In this document: positions 1 through 12,562 of the stretch, piece after piece | How positions within the stretch are numbered: position 1 is the first letter of the stretch | Layout: every line of letters starts with the position of its first letter | NCBI GenBank assembly: GCA_032718475.1 | Contig: JAUCBJ010004959.1 | Span: 24,305-88,304 of the forward strand | Origin: Nemertoderma westbladi | Taxonomy: Eukaryota; Animalia; Xenacoelomorpha | Length of the DNA stretch: 64,000 nucleotides | Reading direction: 5' to 3' | Position numbers and translations under genes: made by a program | Notes under the pieces: generated by a model | What the model was told of the DNA's origin: nothing | The model's database searches: none | Seen by the model: only the letters and a program-made list of their open reading frames with translations

Positions 1-1768
1 ATTATTGGCGCAATATTTGCAATTAATTAAGAATTTTAATTAGCATAGTCAATTAATTGAATTGTAATATAATTTCAATTTTGCTTAATAAAACAGGTCG
101 CTTTCTATTAATATAATGGTATGATTCTCATTTATTCCGCTTCTCGCGTAAAGAAGAAAAAACAAAGAAACACCCCGACTGGGTAAGACATCATTTCAAC
201 TGTATTGCCTACTCGCCCTCTCGAGAACTGCTGCGTTCCACGGCGCAAATCCTGTTTCAATCTTTAGACAGTCTACATCTGTACAATGTTTGGTTTAATT
301 TCATCAAAGATTAACTGAGATATTAGCCTTCAAATATTTGCCTATTTGATACCAGGGGTGTTGTATAAATACTTGGGAATGGTGGGAGGAGGGTGGGTGG
401 GGAGGTGTCTCTCTGTATTAAAGTGCAACACCAGACCCTGTCACCCCATCCGTAGCTCTATAGTTACACTTACATTCATCGAAAGTGTGGGTTATTTCCG
501 TTACAAACTATTAGCAAGACTAGCAATAATACATAATGGCGACAGAACAAATGAAAATAACATAATTACCATAAATACCATACTTTAATTTTTAATAATT
601 AATAATACACATTTCCGGGTGGGATCCAGGCTCCTCTAATAAGTGTTGAAGGATTTGAGAGATGAGGTGGATACGTTGTCTTTATAATGACATGGTTCTT
701 AACACTTCATTTGTTGCGAATAAACATAGAAATAAACACATTCTTTGAAACTTTTAGAAACTTTCATTTAGTCTGCTTGTTACGATATATCGATATACCG
801 AAACAGCCCATCATACAGTATAAAATAAATTAGATAAGTATAATACGTAATTATAGTATAATTAATTAGATAAGGTAAATAAAATCTACAAGTTCATTTT
901 ATATTCATTTAATTTTATACAGTATGTAGCTTTAAATACGTATATTTTATAATAAAACCGCAGTGTATTAAATTACGGTGGCAAAAACCTATAAATCAAA
1001 TATATGAATCTGCCATTATATACTGTAATATCTTTTAAATCCAGAGGCGTAGCGAGGGGGGGGGGTGTTCCCCCGTGCGCACTCACCCAGGGGCGCTGAA
1101 CCTCCCTCCTCCGAGGAGGGAGGTGAAACTATCTCTGTTTCAAATTTCATGCAATCTCATTAAGATTTGTAGAAAAATTTGGGGGAGGGGGGGGGGGGGG
1201 GGCGTGTACCTGAATAACGACACTATATTCCAGGACATGGTGTAGCGTCGTATGCTTTATTGTTTCTTTCGGTTTATTATATGTTTTGTGAAAAACAGTG
1301 AAGGTTGTATAACGACTCCTATGTATGTGCGCGCCTTGTTTTATTGCCCTTAAAAGGTGCCTTGTAAATATATTATTACTGTATTATTTTTTCATATTCG
1401 TTGAAAAATAAACATATGTATTTTCCTTCATAGTAAAGAACACGTCATCGTTGAGACCACGTTCCGTTCACGGCATGAACTAGATAGATAACCAAGTCGC
1501 CTGCGAATAATTTAAACTTAGTAAAGCTACGGCTTTGAGAAGCAATCACCTTCCAGAATGCCCCGCAGCTGCTCTACTGTACTTAAGTACTTTCGTAAAT
1601 CGGGTTCTATCAAATATTTGGATGCGGTTTTTTAGGAGAGCTTTACAAAAACTTTGAGTTTCCCTTTAATACTGAAGTCGTTATATATCCTAGATAATAA
1701 GTAGTATTGTTCTGTCCACAAAATAGAAGAGATTTTCGAAAATTCGTAAATAATACGAAAATTTTCTA
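1..1768 (+). repeat. Copy 1 of tandem segmental duplication (ankyrin 3' flank)
   Basis: Starts ATTATTGGCGCAATATTTGC and aligns near-identically (few indels and substitutions) with 5168-6964. Similarity stops after ...AAAATTTTCTA at 1768. Confidence 0.95.
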
Positions 1769-1801
1769 AAGAAAGCCGTAAAGAAAGCCGTCAACGACGC
1801 A

Positions 1802-4387
1802 GTGACGTCACAGTTGTCGTTTAGCCCTGTAGTAACGGTGGAGCCCAGACGTCGCCGCTTCCATAAGCGCGTCACCGTTACCATACCAACACCAAAGTGG
1901 TTTGACCCGAGTAACCCAAAGTCGTTGCGACTTGTTTCCAGTATTGCTGGTGGCACCTCGGCCTCACATTGGGAAGACATCACCGATAGAAATCCGTTAT
2001 CCTTCGTTCCAGACGGGTCCACGGTTTCGTTCGAGACCAATCTATCGGCCCGATTCTGGTTAGTCAACCAGCCCGGCGATGGTGTCTTCGACGCCGCCGG
2101 GTTCGCTCATCTCGTCCACAAGGAGTTGGTCCCGGTGCCCTACATGGCCAAGTTCGTGGTCTTTGCGAAACGTCACGACCCGCACGAGGCCAGGATGCGC
2201 GTGTTCTGTGTGACCGACGACAAGGTGGATAAAACATTGGAGCGGCAGGAACATTTCGAGGAGATCGCGAGAAGTCGTGACGTCGAAGTTCTAGAAGGTA
2301 AACCGCAGTTTATCGAATGTACCGGAAATCTCGTCCCGGTTCTTAAATCCGGGGAGCTTCTTCGGTTGAACTTCTTCGCGTTTCGGGAGAATCGTTTGGC
2401 TTTCTTCCTTCGCGTTCGGGACATGGAGACAGATGCGGCGGGCCGGTTGGGTTTCTTCCGGGAGTCGAGAAGTTCTGCGTTGCGTCGCCAGGAGACCCCA
2501 GTGCCGGTGTGCAGCCTCAACGTGACGCTCCCTGAGCATGACGGCTCCCAACCGATCGGACCGCTGGTCGTCAACTTTGCATCATTGGATCTCCGACGAC
2601 GGCGAGCTTCGCTCAACGAGTTGGGTCTGAGTCCGAACTCGTCGTACGAGCGGGCGCAGTTCCGGTTGCAGGGCATCGCGGAACACCTTGGCGTCGATTG
2701 GAAGCCGTTGGCGATGCGTTTAGGGTTGGGGAGGGAGTTGGTGGAGAATCTAGAGAACCAGTACGGGAAGGAGCACGCAGCGGCTGCTTACGCTATGCTG
2801 CACTACTGGGCCGAGAGAGAGGGAGTGGAGGCGACTGGTAAGCGTTTGGGTGACTCCCTCACCGCCATAGGACGGGACGATATAAACGCTGTCTGTATGG
2901 GACGGGTGTTCAAGTTTAGGAAGACGGTTATAGATGATATCACTTACGAGACATTAGAGAGAGATGCAAGGGGGCGAGCATCGATGGCAATGATGGCACC
3001 ACCTAGAGTAGTTGCGAGACCAGAGTCGACCTCCACAAGACCAGATTCGACCTCCACAAGACCAGATTCGACCTCCACAAGACCAGAGTCGACCTCCACT
3101 AGACCAGAGTCGACTTCCACTAGACCAGAGTCGACCTCCACTAGACCAGAGTCGACCTCCACTAGACCAGAGTCGACCTCCACAAGACCAGAGTCGACCT
3201 CCACTAGACCAGAGTCGACCTCCACTAGACCAGAGTCGAACTCCACTAGACCAGAGTCGACCTCCACAAGACCAGAGTCGACCTCCACAAGACCAGAGTC
3301 GACCTCCACAAGACCAGAGTCGACATCCGCTAGAATAGAGTCGAGATCCACACGATCTCAATATTCCACCACTAGAACAGAATCTTCCTCAATTAGAATA
3401 GATTCTACCTCAGTAATCACGGCACCACCCCAAGTATACGAGGTTGTATCGCAGGTAAAGGAGAATGTGCAACAAGAAAACGAAAATGCGCCACAAAAAA
3501 ACGAAAATGCGCTACAAGAAAACGAACAAGTGAATGAAATTGCACCACAAATGAGTTCCATAAATATGAAATTAAACACGGCACCAACAGAGCAACTAAA
3601 TATCTCTGTCGTGGGTGGTTTACCTCCAGATCCACCAAAACGGACGGCCCCCTTGTCTCCTGCGTACATCGACATTGGGAGACTAGTGTTATACGACGAA
3701 CCCAGCGTCCCCCTGCGAGTCAGCGAGGAACCCAGCGCCCTCCAGCAGGTCGGAGAGGAACTGTTTACCGAGTCGCGCCCCCAACGTGCCAACACCGCTC
3801 CCCAGCTGTCCCTCGACGACGAACCCTTTGTGGACGACGTGGACTCTGCCGCCGCGGTGGACTGGTCCTTCTGGTGTCCGCCGGCTCCCGGCTCCTCCGC
3901 CAGCTCCGACGACGAGGCCTTCCGGAGAGCCGTGGAACCTCTGGACAACGTCGAAGAAGATTGCGCGTTTGTGACGTCAGTCCGCGCTGCCCCCATCGCC
4001 ATGCAACAACGCGTCGCCATGGAGACTGTGGAGCACACTAAGCGGAAGATAACCCGGGTGATACTCGTCGATAAGGAAGGGTTGAAGCGAGAGATTGTGT
4101 TGGAAGATGGGAAGGTTGCGGACGATATCAGCGAGGAAGACCGGGAGTTGGTGAGCCGAGCGATGAACCCCGGAGGTGACGAGGATAGTGACGTCACTAC
4201 AACGCGAAGGATCGTGGTCCGTCGGCAGGTGGTGAAGCGAACGGTGATACGTGACGGCGAACCCCCCGAGGAGAGTGTAACCGTGACAACGGACGGGCCT
4301 TCGCCCGAGACCCTCAGATCCGATCTGCAACAGGTGGTAGACAGCTTTATGGACCCGGTCGGTGGTCATACCGAGTCGGAAGTCTAA
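1802..4387 (+). CDS. ANK: Ankyrin C-terminal part (end of second ZU5, UPA, death domain, C-terminal tail); 5'-truncated duplicate, intronless
   Basis: FSPVVTVEPRRRRFHKRVTVTIP, LRLVSSIAGGT...WEDIT...SARFWL and VPYMAKFVVFAK...FCVTDDKVDKTLE...FRENRL match ankyrin ZU5b/UPA. IAEHLGVDWKPLAMRLG...MLHYW...L..IGRDDI is a death domain (~2650-2895). The ORF-track start is GTG, the first ATG is at 2144, and there is an in-frame TAA at 1751, so it may be a pseudogenic fragment. Confidence 0.9.
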   Translation: MTSQLSFSPVVTVEPRRRRFHKRVTVTIPTPKWFDPSNPKSLRLVSSIAGGTSASHWEDITDRNPLSFVPDGSTVSFETNLSARFWLVNQPGDGVFDAAGFAHLVHKELVPVPYMAKFVVFAKRHDPHEARMRVFCVTDDKVDKTLERQEHFEEIARSRDVEVLEGKPQFIECTGNLVPVLKSGELLRLNFFAFRENRLAFFLRVRDMETDAAGRLGFFRESRSSALRRQETPVPVCSLNVTLPEHDGSQPIGPLVVNFASLDLRRRRASLNELGLSPNSSYERAQFRLQGIAEHLGVDWKPLAMRLGLGRELVENLENQYGKEHAAAAYAMLHYWAEREGVEATGKRLGDSLTAIGRDDINAVCMGRVFKFRKTVIDDITYETLERDARGRASMAMMAPPRVVARPESTSTRPDSTSTRPDSTSTRPESTSTRPESTSTRPESTSTRPESTSTRPESTSTRPESTSTRPESTSTRPESNSTRPESTSTRPESTSTRPESTSTRPESTSARIESRSTRSQYSTTRTESSSIRIDSTSVITAPPQVYEVVSQVKENVQQENENAPQKNENALQENEQVNEIAPQMSSINMKLNTAPTEQLNISVVGGLPPDPPKRTAPLSPAYIDIGRLVLYDEPSVPLRVSEEPSALQQVGEELFTESRPQRANTAPQLSLDDEPFVDDVDSAAAVDWSFWCPPAPGSSASSDDEAFRRAVEPLDNVEEDCAFVTSVRAAPIAMQQRVAMETVEHTKRKITRVILVDKEGLKREIVLEDGKVADDISEEDRELVSRAMNPGGDEDSDVTTTRRIVVRRQVVKRTVIRDGEPPEESVTVTTDGPSPETLRSDLQQVVDSFMDPVGGHTESEV
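3017..3330 (+). repeat. 21-bp coding minisatellite (RPESTST x ~15) in ankyrin tail
   Basis: AGACCAGAGTCGACCTCCAC(A/T) repeated in frame. Confidence 0.95.
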
Positions 4388-5167
4388 CTATTTAATAGTT
4401 TCATTATTTTAGCTACTATAAATTATTACTATTTAAATTCGTGTTTTAAATAGCGGCTCATCAGTTTATTGCAGTTTTTTTCTAACTACTTAAGGTTTTT
4501 AGTTTAGTAATTAATAATTAATAATGTGCTTTTTAGAAAATTGATTCTACATATTTTATTTATTTAAATTGTGTAAGTAGAATTTCCAACCTTTATGCAT
4601 TAAATTGTCGCAGTGATCACATACAATAATGTTGTGGCCTTGTATGTAGTTTGTTTATCTTACATTAGTTTTTTAGCATTAATATAATTTTCTACCTCGT
4701 TAGTTTTTACTTAATAAATATAACTGGATGAAATATTCGCTATGCCCCCCCCCCCCCCCCAAATAGATTAATTTTAAATAGTGCTATTAAATTTGCCTTC
4801 TATATCACTTCCTCAACTACAATTTTAATATTTTACTTCATTTCTTTACTTTCAATGCCTTATAATGTACAGGTAATGCCGTTTAATGGCGTATCAATTT
4901 AGTGCAGTTTTATTATCAATATATATATTTTTTAGTTTGTAGGAATGGGTTGATTTATATATATATATTCTGTGCATGAGCTACTTAAATATATAGAATA
5001 TTTAATTTTTTTCTAATACTTTATAAATATTTTGTTATACTCTATTCTAGTTTGTATTTGTTTTTAAATATTATATTAGTGATAACTTTATGCAATTTTT
5101 CTTAGATATTCATATTCAGCAATTCAATTTATTTATTTATTTACTTAAAATATTTAGCATGAGTTCT

Positions 5168-6964
5168 ATTATTGGCGCAATATTTGCAATTAATTAAGAA
5201 TTTTAATTAGCATAGTCAATTAATTGAATTGTATTATAATTTCAATTTTGCTTAATAGAACTGGTCGCTTTCTATTAATATAATGATGGTCTTGTTCTCA
5301 TTTTTTCCGCTTCTCGCGCAAAGGAAAAAAACAACAACGAAACACGTTAGTGGGTAAGGGTCGGTTACCATTATTTCAACTGTATTGCCTACTCGCCCTC
5401 TAGCGAGAGACTGGAGAACTGCTGCGTTCCACGGCGCAAATCCTGTTTCAATCTTTAGACAGTCTACATCTGTACAATGTTTGGTTTAATTTCATCAAAG
5501 ATTAACTGAGATATTAGCCTTCAAATATTTGCCTATTTGATATCAATGTTGTAGAAATACTTGGGAATTGAATGGGGGGAGGAGGGTGGGTGGGGAGGTG
5601 TCTCTCTGTATTAAAGTGCAACACCAGACCCTGTCACCCCACCCGTAGCTCTATAGTTACACTTACATTCATCGAAAGTGTGGGTTATTTCCGTTACAAA
5701 CTATTAGCAAGACTAGCAATAATACATAATGGCGACAGAACATATGAAAATAACATAATTATATTACCATAAATACCATACTTGAATTTTTAATAATTAA
5801 TAATACACATTTCCGGGTGGGATCCATGCTCCTCTAATAAGTGTTGAAGGATTTGAGAGATGAGGTGGATACGTTGTCTTTATAATGACATGGTTCTTAA
5901 CACTTCATTTGTTGCGAATAAACATAGAAATAAACCCATTCTTTGAAACTTTTAGAAACTTTCATTTAGTCTGCTTGTTACGATATATCGATATACCGAA
6001 ACAGCCCATCATACAGTATAAAATAAATTAGATAAGTATAATACGTAATTATAGTATAATTAATTAGATAAGGTAAATAAAATCTACAAGTTCATTTTAT
6101 ATTCATTTAATTTTATACAGTATGTAGCTTTAAATACGTATATTTTATAATAAAACCGCAGTGTATTAAATTACGGTGGCAAAAACCTATAAATCAAATA
6201 TATGAATCTGCCATTATATACTGTAATATCTTTTAAATCCAGAGGCGTAGCGAGGGGGGGGGGGGGGGGGTGTTCCCCCGTGCGCACTCACCCAGGGGCG
6301 CTGAACCTCCCTCCTCCGAGGAGGGAGGTGAAACTATCTCTGATTCAAATTGCATGCAATCTCATTGAGATTTGTAGAAAAATTTGGGGGGGTGGGGGGG
6401 GGGCATGTACCTGAATAACGACACTATATTCCAGGACATGGTGTAGCGTCGTATGCTTTATTGTTTCTTTCGGTTTATTATATGTTTTGTGAAACACAGT
6501 GAAGGTTGTATAACGACTCCTATGTATGTGCGCGCCTTGTTTTATTGCCCTTAAAAGGTGCCTTGTAAATATATTATTACTGTATTATTTTTTCATATTC
6601 GTTGAAAAATAAACATATGTATTTTCCTTCATAGTAAAGAACACGTCATCGTTGAGACCACGTTCCGTTCACGCCATGAACTAGATAGATAACCAAGTCG
6701 CCTGCGAATAATTTAAACTTAGTAAAGCTACGGCTTTGAGAAACAATCACCTTCCAGAATGCCCCGCAGCTGCTCTACTTAAATCTTTCGTACATTCGTA
6801 AATCGGGTTCTATCAAATATTTTGACGCGGTTTTTTAGGAGAGCTTTACAAACATTTTGAGTTTCCCTTTAATACTGAAGTCGTTATATATCCTAAATAG
6901 TAGTATTGTTCTGTCCACAAAATAGAAGAGATTTTCGAAAATTCGTAAATACGAAAATTTTCTA
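5168..6964 (+). repeat. Copy 2 of tandem segmental duplication
   Basis: Matches 1-1768; the copy starts are 5167 bp apart. Confidence 0.95.
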
Positions 6965-7003
6965 GAACTCGAAGTCCATAAATAATACGAAAATGTTCTA
7001 GAA

Positions 7004-8683
7004 TTCGAAAGTGCTTATGAAGTTCGTGGCCAACATTTTGAAGATTTTCATAGTGATTGTTATAGTGCGTTTTGCACTTTTTACGATTGTATTATTCTAC
7101 AGTAGAATATAGTCAGCTGATATAAGATTATGTGGTAGCTAGAGTTTTCTTTGGTACAGTCATTCTGCCTAATTTGAGACATGGACCCAAACGTGAGACA
7201 AATTCAATATCAACTTCAAGGGGCTCCTATAGCCAAATAATTACAGAAACCTACTTAAAACTAATTCGAATAATGATCTGTAACCATTCCTGTACATCGT
7301 TAGGTATAATTCAACCGGATTGGATATACTTATAATATTCTAGCGGCCCGTCAAAAATCGAAGCTTTTTTTCATAAATTTTAAGGTTTTAAAATCGATAT
7401 GAGATTTTTGCATTCCACTTTGACCTGATTCTCGAAATTATGACATTTTATAGTAAAAAGGCTATATTTTTATATAAAACTATTTTTATGTGGTAAAGAT
7501 TTCATAGTTTTACATTTGACTACTGTCTTTAATATGGTATCGGTTTCCATGAATTTCCCCTAATTTGAGACAAGGAAATTATAACCATAACAAGAGACAA
7601 ATGTAGGCTAGGCCTTTGTATCTAAGTATCTGAAGTATAGAAACCATAGGCCCCCTATACACATACATTATAATTGCATCTGACTTCTTTCCGAAAGTCA
7701 CACTACAGTACCTGTAGGCCTACTGAATGTATCAGTTACATCAAGCTTAAATCATATATAGTACAGTCATTCTGCCTAATTTGAGACATGGACCCAAACG
7801 TGAGACAAATTCAATATCAACTTCAAGGGGCTCCTATAGCCAAATAATTACAGATCTTTTGTCTCAAATAAAGGCTGTAAGAACCTAACAAGATTCTCCG
7901 TAATATTTATGAGGTTATTTCATGTTAGTTATTAAAAAAAATTACAATTGAATTTCTTGTCTCACATTAGGGAATCGATGCCAAATTTGAGACATGCAAC
8001 ATTTCTTCAAAATTCAGCAACTGCTAGGCGAAATCAACTTTCGAGACCCCGAAAAATGGATTCTACGCCCCGGGAAACCCCTTATTACATAATTTCTGAG
8101 GAAGTCCAGTGTTTACATTTTTACACAGAACCCAACGAAGTTCAAAACCTGTCTCTTATATGGACCAATGACTGTAGCTAGTAAATAATTTTTACTAGCT
8201 ACAGTAGTAATTTTTTAATTTTATTAATTTTAAGGTCTCTAGTAAATAATTTTTACTAGCTAGGTATTTTTATTTAAATTATTTTATTGTATTGATTTTA
8301 ATTGTTCTTTTCATTATACATTAAATAAATTATTAGTTCGCATATTCTATAAATTAACTGTATGTACAGAATATTGCATGTATATATAATATAAATTATT
8401 TATTTATTTTGCAATTGCGTATATCAAATACATGGCATGGCATACTAAACATCAAACCATCTTTCATATTGTTCTCCAATAGTGCAAAGACATTTTTTTT
8501 ACAAAAAAACAACTACTACTAGCCTCTGGAATATAGAATATTAAACAAAAGTATACTAGAATTCTTAAAGAACTGTGAACAATAATAAGAAACACTAGAA
8601 ATATTAGCAAAAAACTAGCTGCTACTATAAAAAAAATTATGAATCTCAAAATGTTGGCCACGCACTTCATAAGTACCTTCGAA
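7004..8683. mobile_element. Old inverted-repeat-bounded element
   Basis: 7004-7051 TTCGAAAGTGCTTATGAAGTTCGTGGCCAACATTTTGA is an imperfect reverse complement of 8638-8683. Confidence 0.5.
7157..8174. mobile_element. Tc1/mariner-like MITE (TA target) with duplicated left end
   Basis: TA|CAGTCATTCTGCCTAATTTGAGACA at 7157 and again at 7764 (~90 bp identical). Right end TGTCTC...CAATGACTG|TA at 8174. Confidence 0.6.
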
Positions 8684-9549
8684 AGTCTGTAAATAATACT
8701 AAATTGTTCTTGAACCTTCAGATTTTTCGATTTTCCTTGAAGGATTACGTTTGGATGCCGTCAAGAACTACCCTACCACCTACTGTATCTGATTATACAC
8801 CATATACTACATATAGTATATACACTACATATACGCAATATTAGGCACTATATTTTTATGTGGGGCGAGCCACTAAGTGAGTGAGCCTTAGCGTAGGGGT
8901 ACCATTAATCAACCTGTTGTTCTGTCGTTCTGTCGCGTTTTTTTTTCAGTATTTTATTTTAAACGTTAATAAATCGGCCAATCCTTGATGAAATCTATCC
9001 AAACTTGGTACACATGTTGTTTGGCAAAAGTTTGAAAATTTTCCAAGTAGAATTTGCGTGGGGCCTTCGTGCAGCATCAGTGTAACTGTTATTGCAGTTA
9101 TAATAAATTTATTTATCCAAATTTAAAATGCGTTAAATTATTATTACTGTAGGATAAATCAGCTGGGTTTCTGGACAAATTTTGCAATACATTGGGGCAG
9201 TCTGCATGTACCATGTGTACCGGTACTGTCAGGCTGTACTCAATCCCTGAATCGAGAATCCTGCAATCCACAATCAGTCAATACTGCAATACTGGTCAGC
9301 CGGTACCATACACTGCAGACATGCCATATCATGTAATCTAATTAAAGCTACCGGCAACCCTTGCGGTGATTATAGTTTAGGCCTAATTCAGTAATTAGCC
9401 CAGTACCGGCACCGGTAATAATAATATAATAGTTTAGATAGTTACCGCTAATCATTCAGTTATTGGCACGGTACACCGTATTGCTGTACTGCCGTTGTAG
9501 TGCACACCGTAGGTACCACCCTACTACCGGTACCGGCTGACCGGTGGCA

Positions 9550-10141
9550 GGTGGGGATACATGACCGAACGTAATCAGGATCGAATGTAACATAGTTATT
9601 TCGTATCGAACGTAACTGCAATTATGTTACATTGGATCCTATAACTATGTTACATTCGATCTACAAATTACTAAGCTCGAATGTAACATTGCCATTTACA
9701 GATTTAAAGGAGCAGGTTACACAGGCGTATTGGGGGAACCAAAACAATAAACGAAAGTTAACAGATGTTACAAGATTATGCAGGTTACTTTTATTTAAAT
9801 GCTGAAAGGAGCAGGTTTCAGAGGCGTGTTGGGGGAACCAAAACAATAAACGAAAGTTAACACATGTTATAAGATTATGGAGGTTACTGGGTACTTAATT
9901 GGGTCTTGGGTCTTTGTTTTATACTCACCAAACTGTTTCTTCCTGTAAATAAACGAAGCATTTCATCGGTTAACTCCTGAAATCAAAACACAACTGAAAT
10001 AAATGTATGTTACATTCGAGCTTAGTAATTTGTAGATCGAATGTAACATAGTTATAGGATCCAATGTAACATAATTGAGGTTGCGTTCGATTCGTAAAAA
10101 CTATGTTACATTCGATCCTGATTACGTTCGGTCTGTCACCC
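9550..10141. mobile_element. Long-TIR MITE (MULE-like)
   Basis: ~127-bp inverted repeats (9563-9689 and ~10007-10133). Flanking direct repeat GACCGGTGGCA at 9539-9549 and 10142-10152. Internal ~84-bp direct repeat (9706 and 9805). Confidence 0.7.
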
Positions 10142-10356
10142 GACCGGTGGCAACCAGCACTTCAGCACTTGCAGACTTGCACAGCAACAGCACTACCGGC
10201 GATACACAGGTTGGAATTTATGTAGAGTTTGCTCAACAGTACAGATATAAAATAGTTATCTAAATTATATATATTGCTATTGACAAGTATTGAAATATAT
10301 ACCGTTATTCGTGTTATCAGTATTTGCAACATCTGACATTGAAGAGGTGAGAGAAG

Positions 10357-10700
10357 ATGAATACCGGCACTCAACAAAACCAACGCTTATCACAGGTCGG
10401 TATGGTTACCTCGAAACCGGCGCGACTGTCCACTCGAATACAACTTCAAAACACAAACGCCAACAATAAACTGAAAGCGAATCGAACGTCTTTAGAAGAA
10501 TCTGTCATTGGGACGAAGAAAAGGAAGCCGAAACCACGGGAATGGACCACAGTTAAGATTGAATGCTCCCATTGTCAGAGTTCCTGGACCGAAATTGAAA
10601 CACCAATTGCCGATGGGCTTGATCTCTCAAACCAAAACTTCCTCTGCGGGGTTTGCGCGGCAGTAAAGATTGAAAGTCTGGAAGCTGGCATCCCTAGGTA
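10357..10700 (+). mobile_element. Possible LINE ORF1 5' remnant (Zn-binding/PHD-like motif)
   Basis: IECSHC...W...FLCGVC followed by a short helical segment. No downstream ORF2. Confidence 0.3.
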
Positions 10701-11914
10701 TTATTATTATAAAGAGCGTCAGCCTGCGTTTAATAAATATATTTTAATACAAAACAGGTCGAACGCAAAGAGGATTATAATGAAGACGAGTACTGCATTG
10801 ATTATATTCCTATAAACCACCTGGCTTTGCATATTGAACGTGCGTTTGGAAATAAGTTCGTGCTACCCTTCCGTGGGTGGTAGATGTCGCGGTTATGTAT
10901 TGGTGGGTGGGGGGAGGGGGGGGCTGTGCAGATTAAAAGGGGTGAACACGTACTGTCCCCCTTTTTTTGATTAATTGGTGGTGTGGGTTAATATCTCATA
11001 ACCTGATTTTGTGATACAGTCGCACAATTTTAATTTGTATCTCATAACTGGGACTCGTGCTGCGCGAAGGCCCCACGAACGTGTTCTTAAACTTTAAATG
11101 CGTTTATCTCGGAATTGTATTTTTCACATTCAAAATACTACTACTCAGCCATTTCTTAACCAATTTTCGAAATTTTTTTTTTGTTTGATTTCTTTTCGGG
11201 TTTTGATCAAAAGTTATCGGTTAGAATTTTGAATTGTGCCATATTAATTTCTTGAAATTAGTTAATATCTATTAAGTAATAATTAATATTAGTTAATAAT
11301 ATTCAAAAAATATTTAAGACCTAAATCAAAAATGTAACCGATAAGTTTTGTGGAGCAGATGATGCTGATTCAGAAAAACCAACTTTCGAAAATTTTCGCC
11401 CAAAATTGTGAGACTAGTAGTGTTTTTAGTGAAATTAACAATTTTGCTGGTGGCCGCTAGAGGGCGACGCAAATTGGAAAATTTTTTTTTGAACCCAATC
11501 TTTGGCCATATGTTAATCCCCCGAAAGGTATAAAATATACAAAATTACACACAAGCAGAAATTATAGCCATTTGCAAATAAGGTCCATAGGGGGGTGTAC
11601 CCCCCCCCCCCCCCCCCCCTTAATGAAATATTATTCCTGACAATTTATTATGATAGATAAAGTTAATTCATATATAATAGAGCAGTAAAGGCACTACTGA
11701 TGCTCGGAATAAATTTAGCTTTTGATTCCAGGTGATTTCCACACCTTGATAGTTTATTTATGCCGAGCAGACCATGCCTTGACCTTCAGTCATTATCTAT
11801 ATCTAAGATCCAAATGGTATTCCAGATGGTTCTCATGGTACTCAGTTAGCTTGGATGCATAAGTGGAAGTATTCACAAATTGTGCTGATGCAAATTGTCC
11901 CATGATCCCAGGTA

Positions 11915-12110
11915 ACAGAAGTCGTCCACATGCTCAAGCATACCAACCTTTGAGCTTATGCCCATCCAATCAGTGATTTGCTGAGGACTTTCAAAGTTAA
12001 CTTTCAAAATTGTGGTCTTTTTGGAGTTAACAAAAAGACCAACACTAGAAGCGGCTTGTTCTAATGGGCTGAGGAGCCGTTGGACACCTAGGTACTTTCA
12101 GTTAGATCAG
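11915..12110 (-). mobile_element. RTE-like LINE RT fragment
   Basis: GAAGTCGTCCACATGCTCAAGC and CAAAAAGACCAACACTAGAAGC match 17990-18135. Confidence 0.6.
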
Positions 12111-12562
12111 TAAGGGGGATCTCCTCGACTTCTGGAACCAGTAGGTGGGGTTACCATCACCCCATCATCATTATGATGATCGTATAATATAGCCAACCAC
12201 AATTATGCATAAGATGAATTTAATGAGAATAAGGTGTGAGCACTCCGAGACATCGATAGGACCACTGGGCACTGGAGCTTGAATTGATAAACATTTTCCA
12301 ATGTTTCTTCTGAAACGATGTACCAACTGAAAACAGTTTATTCGCAATGGTGAAAACCTGCAAAATTTAAAAATAGTGTTTGCCATGGTTGTTCTCTACC
12401 CCCAAGGTATACTTGATCTGAGAAACAAAGAGACATTCCAGTCCCCAAGAATAGCAAGAAAATCATGTTGATCCCATTGAATATACAATTATTACCACCT
12501 TGGAAATGTTAAAATAAAATCGTACCAGAACATAAGTGGCTGGGGATGATTGTTTAGGTTAA

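Larger units (their letters stand above)
8859..11084 (+). mobile_element. Helentron-associated (DINE-1/HINE-like) non-autonomous element, copy A, with nested insertions
   Basis: 5' TGTGGGGCGAGC...CCATTAAT, a TCTGTCG-type microsatellite, CCTTGATGAAAT...ACTTGGTAC and 3' GCGCGAAGGCCCCACGAACGTGT are all shared with 26195-26790. 9057-9076 is an inverted copy of the 3' motif. Family assignment is from architecture only. Confidence 0.5.

Noticed and set aside
346-588. Small duplicated ORF (also 5572-5772)
   Set aside because: Start and end differ between the two copies and there are no motifs; it lies in the ankyrin 3' flank.
2944-3361. Antisense repeat ORFs (VEVDSGL / GGRLWSS)
   Set aside because: Shadows of the 21-bp ankyrin coding repeat.
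1-6964. LTR element or composite transposon carrying ankyrin between 1.8-kb direct repeats
   Set aside because: No TG...CA ends, PBS, PPT or TSD. The repeat runs off the window edge and is continuous with the gene's 3' flank, which fits a tandem duplication.
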